Positions 1 to 9,159 of a stretch of DNA of 64,000 nt are shown one piece after another. The notes beneath the pieces were generated by a model, which ran no database searches, had not been told where the DNA came from, and worked only from the letters and a program-made list of their open reading frames with translations. Positions within the stretch are counted from its first letter, which is position 1; each line of letters opens with the position of its first letter. This stretch comes from Campylobacterales bacterium (lineage in GTDB: Bacteria; Campylobacterota; Campylobacteria; Campylobacterales; Nitratiruptoraceae): positions 38,958 to 102,957 of the forward strand of contig JAMONM010000058.1 of the NCBI GenBank assembly GCA_027065825.1, written 5' to 3'. A program made the position numbers and the translations under genes.

Positions 1-1
1 T

Positions 2-139
2 TTTGGAGACCTAAAAGAGATTGTTCCGCTAGCTCTTTTATGGAAAATGGTGAAATTTGACGAAAAAGTCGAGATCTCCAAAGGACGTTTCGAGTATATC
101 ATTGGATTGTACCTGCCTTTTTTGGGGGAGGACCGATGA
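2..139 (+). CDS. 3' end of a CDS truncated by the window edge (probable pilus/T2SS cluster protein)
   Basis: Open frame from position 2 (FGDLKEIVPLALLWKMVKF...GEDR*). Its TGA at 137-139 overlaps the next ATG at 136 (ATGA). Confidence 0.55.
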   Translation, partial: FGDLKEIVPLALLWKMVKFDEKVEISKGRFEYIIGLYLPFLGEDR

Positions 140-327
140 GGGATTTGAGGATTTTGCTCTCTTTTTTGCTGGCTCTTTTGACGGTTTTGTTACCGCTGTT
201 TTGTATCCAAGAAGAGAGCGGTTATCTAGCAAATCGTAAAATTCAAACCGACTACCGTATAGTTCTTCGTACGGGAGAGGGAGATCGAATAGAGACCCTT
301 TTGGAGTTATTTGGGGGCGCAGAGTGA
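136..327 (+). CDS. Small hypothetical membrane protein (63 aa) in the pilin cluster
   Basis: Hydrophobic N-terminus (ILLSFLLALLTVLLPLF). Coupled on both sides: ATGA overlap upstream, GTGA overlap with the 324 start. Confidence 0.6.
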   Translation: MRDLRILLSFLLALLTVLLPLFCIQEESGYLANRKIQTDYRIVLRTGEGDRIETLLELFGGAE

Positions 328-851
328 AAAGAGGATTTACTCTGGTAGAGCTTGCGGTAGTGCTGGTAGTGGTTGGATTGTTGCTCGGAAGCGGTGTTTC
401 GCTTGCCAAGATTCTTCTGAAAAACTCGAAAATAAAGGAAAACAGGTCGATTTTAGCCAGAGACGCTTCCGCGGTGATAGGATACGCTATCTCGAAAGGC
501 CGTTTGCCTTCGGAGGAGATGTTTGAATCTACGGTTCCTTTCATAAAGGACGCCTACGGCAAGCCGATTAGATATATCGCATCTGAAAATGGCGATATAT
601 GCGGAGGCGATTCGGGCCTGGAGATAGTGTTGTGCCAAACGAAGGAGTGTAAAGAGGAGCGGGTGTTTAAAAATGCTGGTTTCGTGTTGATATCGCCATC
701 CGAGGATAGGAAATTCGACTATAAAATTTCGGGAGGCCGGCTATATCTGTATTCGAATCTGGATAGTTATCTTTACTATGGCGTTTACGAGCTCAGAGAG
801 AGGATAGATTGTAAAAGGGCAAAATTTGATTCCCAATTGCCGATAATGTAA
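324..851 (+). CDS. Prepilin-type N-terminal cleavage/methylation protein (pilin or pseudopilin)
   Basis: Class III signal MKRG|FTLVEL with Glu+5 and a hydrophobic helix; four Cys in the C-terminal domain. Confidence 0.85.
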   Translation: MKRGFTLVELAVVLVVVGLLLGSGVSLAKILLKNSKIKENRSILARDASAVIGYAISKGRLPSEEMFESTVPFIKDAYGKPIRYIASENGDICGGDSGLEIVLCQTKECKEERVFKNAGFVLISPSEDRKFDYKISGGRLYLYSNLDSYLYYGVYELRERIDCKRAKFDSQLPIM

Positions 852-874
852 AAACCAATCAAAAAGGAGAGAGG

Positions 875-1501
875 ATGAGAGCACGAAAAGGTTTTACCAT
901 GATAGAGTTGGCCATAGTCCTGGTGATTATAGGCCTGATTATGGGAGCGGTTTTGAAAGGGAGGTCCCTCATAGATAACGCCAAGATAAAGAATCTGGTA
1001 TCCCAGGTGAAAAAGTTTGAAATTCTTCAGTTGACGTTTCTCGACAGATACGGCAGATATGCCGGAGACGGAGATAACGACGGTTTTGTGGACGTAAGGG
1101 CGTTGAATCTGAAAAAGAGCGATTTTGACGACAAACCTTCGGAAACCTTTTTACAAAAGCGGCTTCAGGATCCTGACGCACCGTTTGCCGAACTGGAGGC
1201 CGCAAATTTGATGCCGGAGGTTCCAAACTCGGTTCACACAAAGACGGTTTACGGAGGAGTGATATATTTTGCCTCATATTCGCCCGAAGAGTTTTCCGAC
1301 TATAACGTTATAGTCCTTAGAGGTATTCCCTGTTACGCGCTGAAATCTTTGGACGCCACCATCGACGGTGTAGAAGACGCCACCCAGGGTTTTGTCAGAG
1401 GAGTGGAAGAGTCGAAGGTGGGAGACAAAGAGTGGGATCAGCTATGTAAAAGCGAAAGCGAGAACGCTTCGGTGGTATATTTTTACGATAGACAACCCTG
1501 A
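875..1501 (+). CDS. Prepilin-type N-terminal cleavage/methylation protein (pilin or pseudopilin)
   Basis: MRARKG|FTMIELAIVLVIIGL; RBS GGAGAGAGG upstream; stop overlaps the next ATG. Confidence 0.88.
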   Translation: MRARKGFTMIELAIVLVIIGLIMGAVLKGRSLIDNAKIKNLVSQVKKFEILQLTFLDRYGRYAGDGDNDGFVDVRALNLKKSDFDDKPSETFLQKRLQDPDAPFAELEAANLMPEVPNSVHTKTVYGGVIYFASYSPEEFSDYNVIVLRGIPCYALKSLDATIDGVEDATQGFVRGVEESKVGDKEWDQLCKSESENASVVYFYDRQP

Positions 1502-3144
1502 TGAAACGACCTTTAATCGGCGATCTGCTGCAAAAACTGGGTTACGTCACTCCTGAGCAGCTACAGGTTGCTCTGGCCGTTCAGCGGATCAAAGGGAAAC
1601 TTCTCGGAGAATTGCTGATCGATCTAGATTTTGTTACCTCCGACGAGGTGGCCGAAGCGATCGCTATGCAAAGCTCCGCTCCTTTTGTGGATCTGGACAG
1701 AAGGCCTCCCGAGAACGAGGCCCTAAAGCTGGTTTCAAAGGAGCTTTGTTTAAAATATACCCTCTTGCCTTTGGAGGTGGAAAACGAAACTTTGATAGTA
1801 GCCGTGGAGGATCCCGAAGATCTGGAGGCGTACGATCAGCTTTACGCCTCTACGGGTTACGATATCGAGTTTGTGGTGGCGGCCAGAGAGAAGATTTTAC
1901 GATATATACAGATCTACTACTATCAGCTGGAAAATCCGATAGAAGAGAGCATCAAAGGCGCTATAGACAAGAACAGGGAGGAGTTTGACGCCGTAGGTTT
2001 TGTCGATCTACTGTTGAAACTGGCCATCAAGGAGAGAGCGACGGATCTGCATATAACTCCCCTTAGAGAGAGTTCCCACGTTTTTTACAGGCTCGATGGG
2101 GTATTGAAACACTATTTCGCTTTTGAAAAGAGATTTCATGCTCCCGTGATTTCGCGCATCAAGATTCTTTCTTCCATGAATATCGCCGAACAGAGATTAC
2201 CGCAAGACGGCGCTTTCGTTTTCGATTTTCTTGGAAGCGGCTACGATATTAGAAGCTCGACTCTGCCTACGGCCAACGGAGAGAATATGGTTATGAGGAT
2301 CCTATTTAAGGATTCGGCCCTTTTTAATATAAAAAGGTTGGGTTTTTCAAAAGAGCATATCCGAACTATTCGAAAAAACTTTTCGAAGCCAAACGGCATT
2401 ATATTGATTAGCGGTCCTACGGGCAGCGGCAAGACCACCACTCTCTATTCCGGTCTTAGGCTGATAGACAATCTGAAAAAGAATATTCTCAGCGTGGAAG
2501 ATCCCATAGAGTATAGGTTCTCGTTTATAAAGCAGTCTCAGGTAAACGAAAAGGCGGGGTACACCTTCGCAAAAGCGGTCAGAAACTTTATGCGCCAAGA
2601 TCCGGACGTGATGCTAATAGGCGAAATAAGGGACGAAGATACGGCGGAACTGGCTGTGAGAGCTTCGATAACGGGGCATCTGGTTTTATCCACGATACAT
2701 ACGAATTCGGCAGCCGGAGTGGTATCGAGACTGGAGGATTTCGGAGTCAAATCATATCTGCTGGCCGAGGCCCTTCGAATGGCCGTCTCGCAGCGTCTGC
2801 TCAGAAGACTGTGCGATTACTGCAAAGAGGAGATGTTCGTAGACGCTCAGTATCTAAAGAGGGAGCTATCGGAGAATATCTCTTTGGAGGGCGATAGGGT
2901 CAAAATTTACGGCGCCAAAGGCTGCTTTAGATGTAGAGGAACCGGATATAACGGCAGAGTCGCGGCCGCTAGCATAATAGAGTTTGACGATGAGCTCAAA
3001 GATATGATAATAAAAGGAAAGAGCGCTATAGAGATTGAACGTGCGGCGGCAGGCAGAGGCATGGCTACCCTGTTTGAGGATATGGTAGCTAAACTTCTTG
3101 CCGGTCTGACGAGTCTAGAAGAGATAAAAAGAGTGGCGGGATGA
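1501..3144 (+). CDS. GspE/PilB/MshE-family secretion/pilus assembly ATPase with N-terminal MshEN-like domain
   Basis: Walker A GPTGSGKTT, Walker B DVMLIGEIRD, His box HLVLSTIH, Zn motif CDYC...CFRC; two LGxxL...Q repeats at the N-terminus. Confidence 0.93.
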   Translation: MKRPLIGDLLQKLGYVTPEQLQVALAVQRIKGKLLGELLIDLDFVTSDEVAEAIAMQSSAPFVDLDRRPPENEALKLVSKELCLKYTLLPLEVENETLIVAVEDPEDLEAYDQLYASTGYDIEFVVAAREKILRYIQIYYYQLENPIEESIKGAIDKNREEFDAVGFVDLLLKLAIKERATDLHITPLRESSHVFYRLDGVLKHYFAFEKRFHAPVISRIKILSSMNIAEQRLPQDGAFVFDFLGSGYDIRSSTLPTANGENMVMRILFKDSALFNIKRLGFSKEHIRTIRKNFSKPNGIILISGPTGSGKTTTLYSGLRLIDNLKKNILSVEDPIEYRFSFIKQSQVNEKAGYTFAKAVRNFMRQDPDVMLIGEIRDEDTAELAVRASITGHLVLSTIHTNSAAGVVSRLEDFGVKSYLLAEALRMAVSQRLLRRLCDYCKEEMFVDAQYLKRELSENISLEGDRVKIYGAKGCFRCRGTGYNGRVAAASIIEFDDELKDMIIKGKSAIEIERAAAGRGMATLFEDMVAKLLAGLTSLEEIKRVAG

Positions 3145-4346
3145 GGCTCTATCTGCTAAAAAGCATAGATAGCCGAGGCAGAATTAGATACGAGTTTATA
3201 TGGAGCGATCCGGATCGACTCGCAGATCAACTAAGAGACAAAACCCCGCTGTTTGTCTTAGGGATTCCTTTTGTCAGAAGAGGATTCGCAAAGAGGGTCT
3301 CCAAAAGGATCTCAAGAGAGGATGCGATCGAGATTTTAGATTCGCTCCATATTCTTTTGAGGGCCGGGTTGTCCTTGCAAAAGGCTCTTAAAGAGCTTTT
3401 GACTGAACAAAGAAGCCGCTCTTCGAAACTCTTTTTGCAAAAGGCGTTGAAAAATATCGAAGAGGGCGGAGCCTTTTGGGAAGTTTTCGAGGAGTTTTCC
3501 GACTCTTTCGGCAAAGAGATAGTATCCCTGATAAAGATTTCGGAAAAGAGCGGCTCATTGCAATCGGGTCTGAAAAAGAGCTCGGAACTTTTGCAAAAAA
3601 AAAGAGAACTGGTTCGCGGAACGATACAGTCGGCGATCTATCCTCTTTTTGCGGTTATCGCAATCGGCAGCGCCATGGGGGTGTGGGTATATTTCGTTTT
3701 ACCGCAGCTGCTGGACACCTTTTATTTGATGGAGTTAGAACCGCCGGCTGTTTCGATATGGATGATGAAAGGCGCCGAGTTTTTAAAAGAGCATATTTTT
3801 TCGATCGGTTCGGCTTTTGCCATTGCGTCCGTCATATTCTATTTTATTCTCTTTAGATGGGAAAGAGGTCGATATTTTTTCGAGCGGATGCTGCTCGTTA
3901 CGCCATTCGTGGGCAGGTTTTTGCTCTATTACAAAACGGCACTTTTATTCGAGTATCTAAAAATAGCGATCGGTTCAGGTATGCCGCTGGTGGAGGCTTT
4001 GAAAAGTTCGGCCGAAGCTACAGAAAGTCCGCTCTTTAAAGAAAAATTATATAATGTAATAAAATTGTTAGAAAAAGGTTTTTCCTTTTCCGAGGCCCTT
4101 TCAAAGGATAAAATCTTTACGCCTCTTAGCGTCAGACTGGTTTCCATAGCGGAAGAAAGCGGCGATTTGGAGGAGCAGATGCGGCATCTGCAAAACTACT
4201 ATTACGATAAACTCAGATTCTACATGAACACCGCCTCAAAAAGCGCCGAACCGGTAATTGTGGTTATTCTGGGTCTTTTCATGGCATTAGTGATGATATC
4301 GTTGATTTCGCCGGTCTACGATCTTGTTTCCAAAGTCTCAGCTTAA
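3141..4346 (+). CDS. GspF/PilC-family inner-membrane platform protein
   Basis: Two T2SSF repeats (LLRAGLSL...SEKSGSL; IGSGMPL...AEESGDL) with three TM segments; follows the ATPase with an ATGA overlap. Confidence 0.92.
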   Translation: MRLYLLKSIDSRGRIRYEFIWSDPDRLADQLRDKTPLFVLGIPFVRRGFAKRVSKRISREDAIEILDSLHILLRAGLSLQKALKELLTEQRSRSSKLFLQKALKNIEEGGAFWEVFEEFSDSFGKEIVSLIKISEKSGSLQSGLKKSSELLQKKRELVRGTIQSAIYPLFAVIAIGSAMGVWVYFVLPQLLDTFYLMELEPPAVSIWMMKGAEFLKEHIFSIGSAFAIASVIFYFILFRWERGRYFFERMLLVTPFVGRFLLYYKTALLFEYLKIAIGSGMPLVEALKSSAEATESPLFKEKLYNVIKLLEKGFSFSEALSKDKIFTPLSVRLVSIAEESGDLEEQMRHLQNYYYDKLRFYMNTASKSAEPVIVVILGLFMALVMISLISPVYDLVSKVSA

Positions 4347-4350
4347 ATAA

Positions 4351-4379
4351 TTGAAATAAAAAAATTTTTTTGGTATAAT
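4351..4379 (+). promoter_or_regulatory. Sigma70-type promoter P1, driving the candidate sRNA
   Basis: TTGAAA (4351-4356), 17-nt spacer, extended -10 TGgTATAAT (TATAAT at 4374-4379). Confidence 0.8.
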
Positions 4380-4384
4380 GCTAC

Positions 4385-4434
4385 TTCCCCTCCCCCTATG
4401 TAGCAGTGGCCCCTTTTGGGGCCCGCTGCTTTTA
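4385..4434 (+). ncRNA. Candidate ~50-nt C-rich small RNA
   Basis: Lies between promoter P1 and an intrinsic terminator; no ORF; 5' tract UUCCCCUCCCCCU. The TSS is inferred from -10 spacing. Confidence 0.55.
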
Positions 4435-4436
4435 TT
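4402..4436 (+). terminator. Intrinsic terminator
   Basis: AGCAGTGGCCCC-TTTT-GGGGCCCGCTGCT stem (one bulge, one G-U pair) followed by TTTATT. Confidence 0.8.
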
Positions 4437-4451
4437 AATTTGTGGCCTTAA

Positions 4452-4480
4452 TTGAAAAAAAATTTTTTTTAGGGTATTAT
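4452..4480 (+). promoter_or_regulatory. Sigma70-type promoter P2 for the rpmE operon
   Basis: TTGAAA (4452-4457), 17-nt spacer, TATTAT (4475-4480). Confidence 0.7.
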
Positions 4481-4525
4481 TTCGCTCCTAAACTCTAAAT
4501 TAAAATCGTTTTTAAGGATCTGAAT

Positions 4526-4726
4526 ATGAAAAAAGGTATACATCCCGAATATATTGAGTGCGAAGTAACTTGCGCGTGCGGTAACCATTTTGTCGTATTT
4601 TCAAATAAACCGCAGCTAAAAATAGATATCTGCAACAAGTGTCACCCCTTCTTTACCGGCAGCGAAAAGATAGTGGACACTACCGGTAGGGTAGAGAAGT
4701 TCAAGAAAAAGTTCGGCCTCAAGTAG
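4526..4726 (+). CDS. rpmE: 50S ribosomal protein L31 (Zn-binding type)
   Basis: MKKGIHPEY...CACG...[10 protein letters not shown]...GRVEKF. Confidence 0.98.
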   Translation: MKKGIHPEYIECEVTCACGNHFVVFSNKPQLKIDICNKCHPFFTGSEKIVDTTGRVEKFKKKFGLK

Positions 4727-5539
4727 TTGCTGACTCTAGTTCCGACTCCTATCGGAAACGTAGAAGATATCACCTACAGGGCCGTAGAGGCTCTAAAGAG
4801 GGCTCAGGTATATCTTTGCGAGGACACCAGAGTCGCAAAAAAACTTTTTTCTCTGATAAAAGAGCGCTTTGGTGTCGAGCTACTGACTCCTTCAAAAAAA
4901 GTTATCAGCCTTCATCAGCACAACCAAAGTAGATTTTTAAAAGAGATCGATCCGGCTTTTTTCGAGCGGGAGGTGGTCTATCTAAGCGACGCCGGAATGC
5001 CCGCAATCAGCGATCCCGGAGCGGCTTTGGTTAGATATTGCCGAAAAAACGGTGTCGAATACGACGTTCTGCCGGGTGCCAGCGCTTTTGTAACTGCCTT
5101 TGCGGCTAGCGGATTTGAGGGCCCTTTTACTTTTTACGGCTTTTTGCCCTCTCGGGGCAAGGAGCGCTCCGTAGAGCTAAAACGAATTCTAAATAGCAAT
5201 ACCCATGCAATCGTGTACGAGGCGCCTCACCGTATAGAGGAGCTGATCGAGACTATAGCGAAAAACCATCCCGACAGAGAGCTTTTCGCGGCGAAAGAGC
5301 TAACAAAGAAGTTTCAACGATATTTTGCCGGCAGAGCCGAGGATATCTTAAAGGAGTTCTCCGAAATCTCCAAAAAAGGCGAATGGGTCGTCATAATATC
5401 GGCCAATAGGGACTCATGCGATATAGAGGAGATTTTGAATCTGGAACTGCCGATAGGCAAAAAGGCCAAGCTTCTAGCCGAAGCCACCGGCGAAAGCGCC
5501 AAGAGCTGGTATCGAAAACTCTTAAAAGATAATAATTAA
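4727..5539 (+). CDS. rsmI: 16S rRNA C1402 2'-O-methyltransferase
   Basis: LVPTPIGNVEDIT, CEDTR, SDAGMPAISDPG, YEAPHR, KELTK motifs; TTG start abuts the rpmE stop. Confidence 0.95.
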   Translation: MLTLVPTPIGNVEDITYRAVEALKRAQVYLCEDTRVAKKLFSLIKERFGVELLTPSKKVISLHQHNQSRFLKEIDPAFFEREVVYLSDAGMPAISDPGAALVRYCRKNGVEYDVLPGASAFVTAFAASGFEGPFTFYGFLPSRGKERSVELKRILNSNTHAIVYEAPHRIEELIETIAKNHPDRELFAAKELTKKFQRYFAGRAEDILKEFSEISKKGEWVVIISANRDSCDIEEILNLELPIGKKAKLLAEATGESAKSWYRKLLKDNN

Positions 5540-5603
5540 AAGTTATAAAATTCTTCAAGGTGGCTAACGTAACATTAAGTATTAAAAAGATAAAATCTCC
5601 CTT

Positions 5604-6284
5604 ATGATACTCTACGGAAAGCGGATCTTCGAGTATCTGTTGTCGAAGCATCCGCAAAAGATCAAAAGACTTTACCTGAGCAAAAAACCGGAGGGAGCCG
5701 TCGAGAGAAAATTGAAAAAACTCTCGATACCGATTGTCTATATAGATAACAAAAAGGCCCAGTCGCTCGCGAGAGGCGGAAACCATCAAGGTTACCTGGT
5801 GGAGACCGAGGAGTACTCCTATGCGGATTGGGAGAGCGTAAAAAATGGCGATTTTACCGTGGTTCTATGGGGGGTTACCGATATAGGCAATATCGGTTCG
5901 ATTATTAGAACCTCTTATGCCCTCGGAGTAGACAGCGTAATATTAACCGGAATCAAATCCAGCAATCCCTCCGGCTTTATTAGAACCAGCAGCGGAGCGG
6001 CCCTGGATATGGAGGTGGCTCTTTTCCCCGATGGATACGATCTGATAAACAGATTGAAAACTTCCGGTTTTGCTCTTTATTGCAGCACCTTGGAAGGCGG
6101 TGACATCAGAACTATCCGATTTGGCGGTAAAAGAGCCCTGGTTTTGGGTAGCGAAGGCGAAGGAGTTCCAAAAAAGGTCGAAAAGAGCTGCGACTATCTG
6201 GTCAAAATCGAAATGGCAAGAGATTTCGACTCTCTCAACGTTTCGGCCGCCGCCGCCATAATGATCGACAGGATGAGGCAATGA
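5604..6284 (+). CDS. rlmB: 23S rRNA Gm2251 methyltransferase (TrmH/SpoU family)
   Basis: NHQG, GNIGSIIRT, VLGSEGEG, DSLNVSAA motifs. Confidence 0.93.
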   Translation: MILYGKRIFEYLLSKHPQKIKRLYLSKKPEGAVERKLKKLSIPIVYIDNKKAQSLARGGNHQGYLVETEEYSYADWESVKNGDFTVVLWGVTDIGNIGSIIRTSYALGVDSVILTGIKSSNPSGFIRTSSGAALDMEVALFPDGYDLINRLKTSGFALYCSTLEGGDIRTIRFGGKRALVLGSEGEGVPKKVEKSCDYLVKIEMARDFDSLNVSAAAAIMIDRMRQ

Positions 6285-7129
6285 GCGACTTTGAAAGACT
6301 CAAAAGACTCGATATAAAAGAGATCCACGAAAAAACCTATATTCCGGTAAAAAATCTTGAACCGCTTTTAAACGGCGATTTCTCCAAATTCGATAGGCTA
6401 AAGGCGATAGGTTTTGTCAAAATTATCGAGCGCGAATTCGAAATGGATCTATCCGATCTAAAAGAGCAGATAGAGGAGTATTTTAAAGAGAGCAAAAACG
6501 ACAACCATTTCGTGGCTCACCAGTCTCAGGTGGAACAAAAACCGCAAAAGAGCAAAAAACCGATGTTCGTGATTGTTTTGGCTCTTTTGCTTCTAGGCGC
6601 GGCATCGATTATTCTTTTTCAATCTAAAACGGAAGACTCTAGAAATAACGCCGATGCGACCAAAATTTCAGGACAGATTACTGGCGAGGGCGACAGGGAG
6701 AGCGATAAAGATTTGGATAGAATTGACGAAAAAAGCTTTTTTACGGAGGAGAATCTAACTGAAAAGGAGATCGACAGCGAGGAGAATCTGACGGTAGAGG
6801 ACCAGAATCTTTCGAATCCCGAAGAGCCTGAACCGAAAGAGCCGAAAATATCCAAACTTTTCATTCTGCCTCAGGGAAAGATTTGGGTGGGGGTAATATA
6901 TCTGGACGATTACAGCAAACGCAACTTTCTCTCCTCTTCTCCCATAGAGTTAAACGCTTCGAAGGATCAGCTGATAGTTACCGGACACGGAATGTTTGCG
7001 CTGGACGTTGATGGAAACGTTACCGATTACAACGAAAAGGGCAAAGTCAGATTTTTGATCGAGGAAGGAAAAATAGAGAGGATCGATCTGCAGACTTTTA
7101 AAAATCTCAACAGGGGCAAAGCGTGGTAA
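6281..7129 (+). CDS. RodZ-like bitopic membrane protein (conserved Campylobacterota hypothetical)
   Basis: N-terminal HTH-like segment (IHEKTYIPVKNLEPLLNGDF), single TM, acidic linker, C-terminal beta domain; conserved position after rlmB. Confidence 0.6.
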   Translation: MSDFERLKRLDIKEIHEKTYIPVKNLEPLLNGDFSKFDRLKAIGFVKIIEREFEMDLSDLKEQIEEYFKESKNDNHFVAHQSQVEQKPQKSKKPMFVIVLALLLLGAASIILFQSKTEDSRNNADATKISGQITGEGDRESDKDLDRIDEKSFFTEENLTEKEIDSEENLTVEDQNLSNPEEPEPKEPKISKLFILPQGKIWVGVIYLDDYSKRNFLSSSPIELNASKDQLIVTGHGMFALDVDGNVTDYNEKGKVRFLIEEGKIERIDLQTFKNLNRGKAW

Positions 7130-7932
7130 GAGTTTTTGCTGTTTTGCTGTTTGTTGTCCAGGTTTGGGCGGATTCGCTGGATGATAAAATCAAGAGTCTC
7201 GTAGAGCCCGCTCAGTACGAAAAACACTTTAGGCTCATTAAAAGGCTTTTTGCGGACAGATCAGAATTTTATACCCAAGGAGAGAGGGTAGATATTTTAA
7301 AAGTGGTTCGAAGATTAAAAGAGAACGGTCTTTTGCCCTTGGAGTTTGCCGGCAGCAAGAAGAGCATGATAGTGCTACGTACCTCCTCTTCGCCGATGCT
7401 GGCCCTAAAATGCGTAGACGGCGTATTGAGGGAGCTAGGGTATGTCGATTATTTGATTGAGAGGATGCGTTACGATTTGAGCGAGCTTTCGTGGAGTATC
7501 TCCTTTGTATCGGACTATACCCTCGATCCGGAGACTTTCGCCTCCACTCTTATAGAGAGAGGGTGTTTTATAGCCGATATAAAAAGAGAGCTCTCAACCA
7601 GCTGGATCTATGAAATAGAGTGTGACGGCGCCGTTTTGCCCTCTATCGAACTCTCAAAAGGAGAGGAGCGAAAACTGAAAAAGCCCCTGGACGACTACTG
7701 GTTGCGAATAAAGGAGGGAAAAAAAATCAGAATCTACAGTTACGGCGCCAATAGCTGGCATCCAAAGATATCTTTTTTGGATAGACAACTAAACGTTCTG
7801 TCTATTTACAGAGAAAACGAAAAAAGATCTAAAGTCTCTCTGGATTTGCCCCAGGGGACATATTATATTAAAATTTCGGATATCTTTACGCTCAGCAACA
7901 TAAAATACGGTCTCAAGGTGAGCCTCGAATAA
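7123..7932 (+). CDS. Conserved hypothetical periplasmic protein
   Basis: Signal peptide MVRVFAVLLFVVQVWA|D; overlaps the upstream gene in the same operon. Confidence 0.7.
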   Translation: MVRVFAVLLFVVQVWADSLDDKIKSLVEPAQYEKHFRLIKRLFADRSEFYTQGERVDILKVVRRLKENGLLPLEFAGSKKSMIVLRTSSSPMLALKCVDGVLRELGYVDYLIERMRYDLSELSWSISFVSDYTLDPETFASTLIERGCFIADIKRELSTSWIYEIECDGAVLPSIELSKGEERKLKKPLDDYWLRIKEGKKIRIYSYGANSWHPKISFLDRQLNVLSIYRENEKRSKVSLDLPQGTYYIKISDIFTLSNIKYGLKVSLE

Positions 7933-7941
7933 AGGAACGAG

Positions 7942-9159
7942 ATGTTTGACGAAATCAGATTCAACAAAATAGATAGACTACCAAAATATGTTTTTGCGGC
8001 CGTCAACGAGATAAAGATGGCGGCTAGAAGGGCGGGCGAGGATATAATCGATTTTAGCATGGGAAACCCCGACGGTCCGGCACCGCAGCATATAATCGAC
8101 AAGCTAGTCGAAGCCGCCCAAAAGCCTAAAAACCACGGCTACAGCGCCAGCAAAGGGATATATAAGCTTAGACTGGCCATATGCAACTGGTATGAACGTA
8201 GATACGGAGTGGCTCTCGATCCCGAAGAGGAGGCGGTAGCCACCATGGGCAGTAAAGAGGGTTACGTGCATCTAGTTCAGGCTATAACAAATCCCGGAGA
8301 CGTTGCGGTAGTGCCCGATCCTACCTACCCTATACACTCATATGCCTTCATTCTGGCCGGCGGAAGCGTTCAGAAGATGAAGCTCCCCTTTGACGAGAAT
8401 TTCGAGGTGGACGAGGAGCTCTTTTTTAAAAATCTCCATCAGGCTCTGGCGGACGCTTTTCCTAAACCGAAATATCTCGTGGTGAATTTTCCGCACAATC
8501 CCTCTACGGCCACGGTAACCAGGGAGTTCTACAAGGAGCTGGTAAAGATTGCGAAAAAAGAGAGATTTTATATTCTCAGCGATATAGCCTACGCCGATTT
8601 GACGTTTGACGGCTACAAGACGCCATCCGTTTTGGAGATAGAGGGAGCCAAAGACGTTGCTATCGAGAGCTTTACCCTCTCAAAGAGCTATAATATGGCG
8701 GGTTGGCGAGTAGGTTTTGTCGTGGGGAACAGAAAACTGGTAGGCGCGCTTCAAAAGATAAAGAGTTGGATAGATTACGGAATGTTTACTCCTATTCAGG
8801 TTGCGGCTACCGTAGCTCTGGACGGCCCTCAAGAGTGCGTGGAGGAGATCAGGAGTAAATATGAAAAGAGAAGAGACGTATTGATTGAGAGCTTTTCGAG
8901 AGCCGGATGGAACATGACAAAACCCAAAGCCACCATGTTTGTTTGGGCGAAAATTCCAAAACAGTTCGAACGCATAGGCAGTCTCGAGTTTAGCAAGAGA
9001 CTGCTCAAGGAGGCCAAGGTTGCGGTGAGCCCGGGAATAGGCTTTGGAGAGTACGGAGACGAATATGTCAGAATTGCTCTGATCGAGAACGAAAAGAGAA
9101 TCAGGCAGGCCGCTAAAAACGTCAAAAGATTTCTAAAAGAAAACAAAGAGGTGGATTGA
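7942..9159 (+). CDS. alaC: PLP-dependent class I aminotransferase, AlaC/YfdZ family (often annotated LL-DAP aminotransferase)
   Basis: IDRLPKYVF...[20 protein letters not shown]; PLP-lysine motif [14 protein letters not shown]. Confidence 0.8.
   Translation: MFDEIRFNKIDRLPKYVFAAVNEIKMAARRAGEDIIDFSMGNPDGPAPQHIIDKLVEAAQKPKNHGYSASKGIYKLRLAICNWYERRYGVALDPEEEAVATMGSKEGYVHLVQAITNPGDVAVVPDPTYPIHSYAFILAGGSVQKMKLPFDENFEVDEELFFKNLHQALADAFPKPKYLVVNFPHNPSTATVTREFYKELVKIAKKERFYILSDIAYADLTFDGYKTPSVLEIEGAKDVAIESFTLSKSYNMAGWRVGFVVGNRKLVGALQKIKSWIDYGMFTPIQVAATVALDGPQECVEEIRSKYEKRRDVLIESFSRAGWNMTKPKATMFVWAKIPKQFERIGSLEFSKRLLKEAKVAVSPGIGFGEYGDEYVRIALIENEKRIRQAAKNVKRFLKENKEVD

Noticed and set aside
38-544. 168-aa minus-strand ORF over the pilin cluster
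   Set aside because: Shadow of three coupled plus-strand ORFs; the Ser/Thr run is just the reverse complement of the pilin's hydrophobic helix codons.
3595-3603. A9 tract in gspF as a phase-variation site
   Set aside because: It is in frame and encodes Gln-Lys-Lys-Arg. A8-A9 runs are expected in this Lys-rich genome, and phase variation in this phylum mostly uses poly-G/C, of which no long tract was seen.
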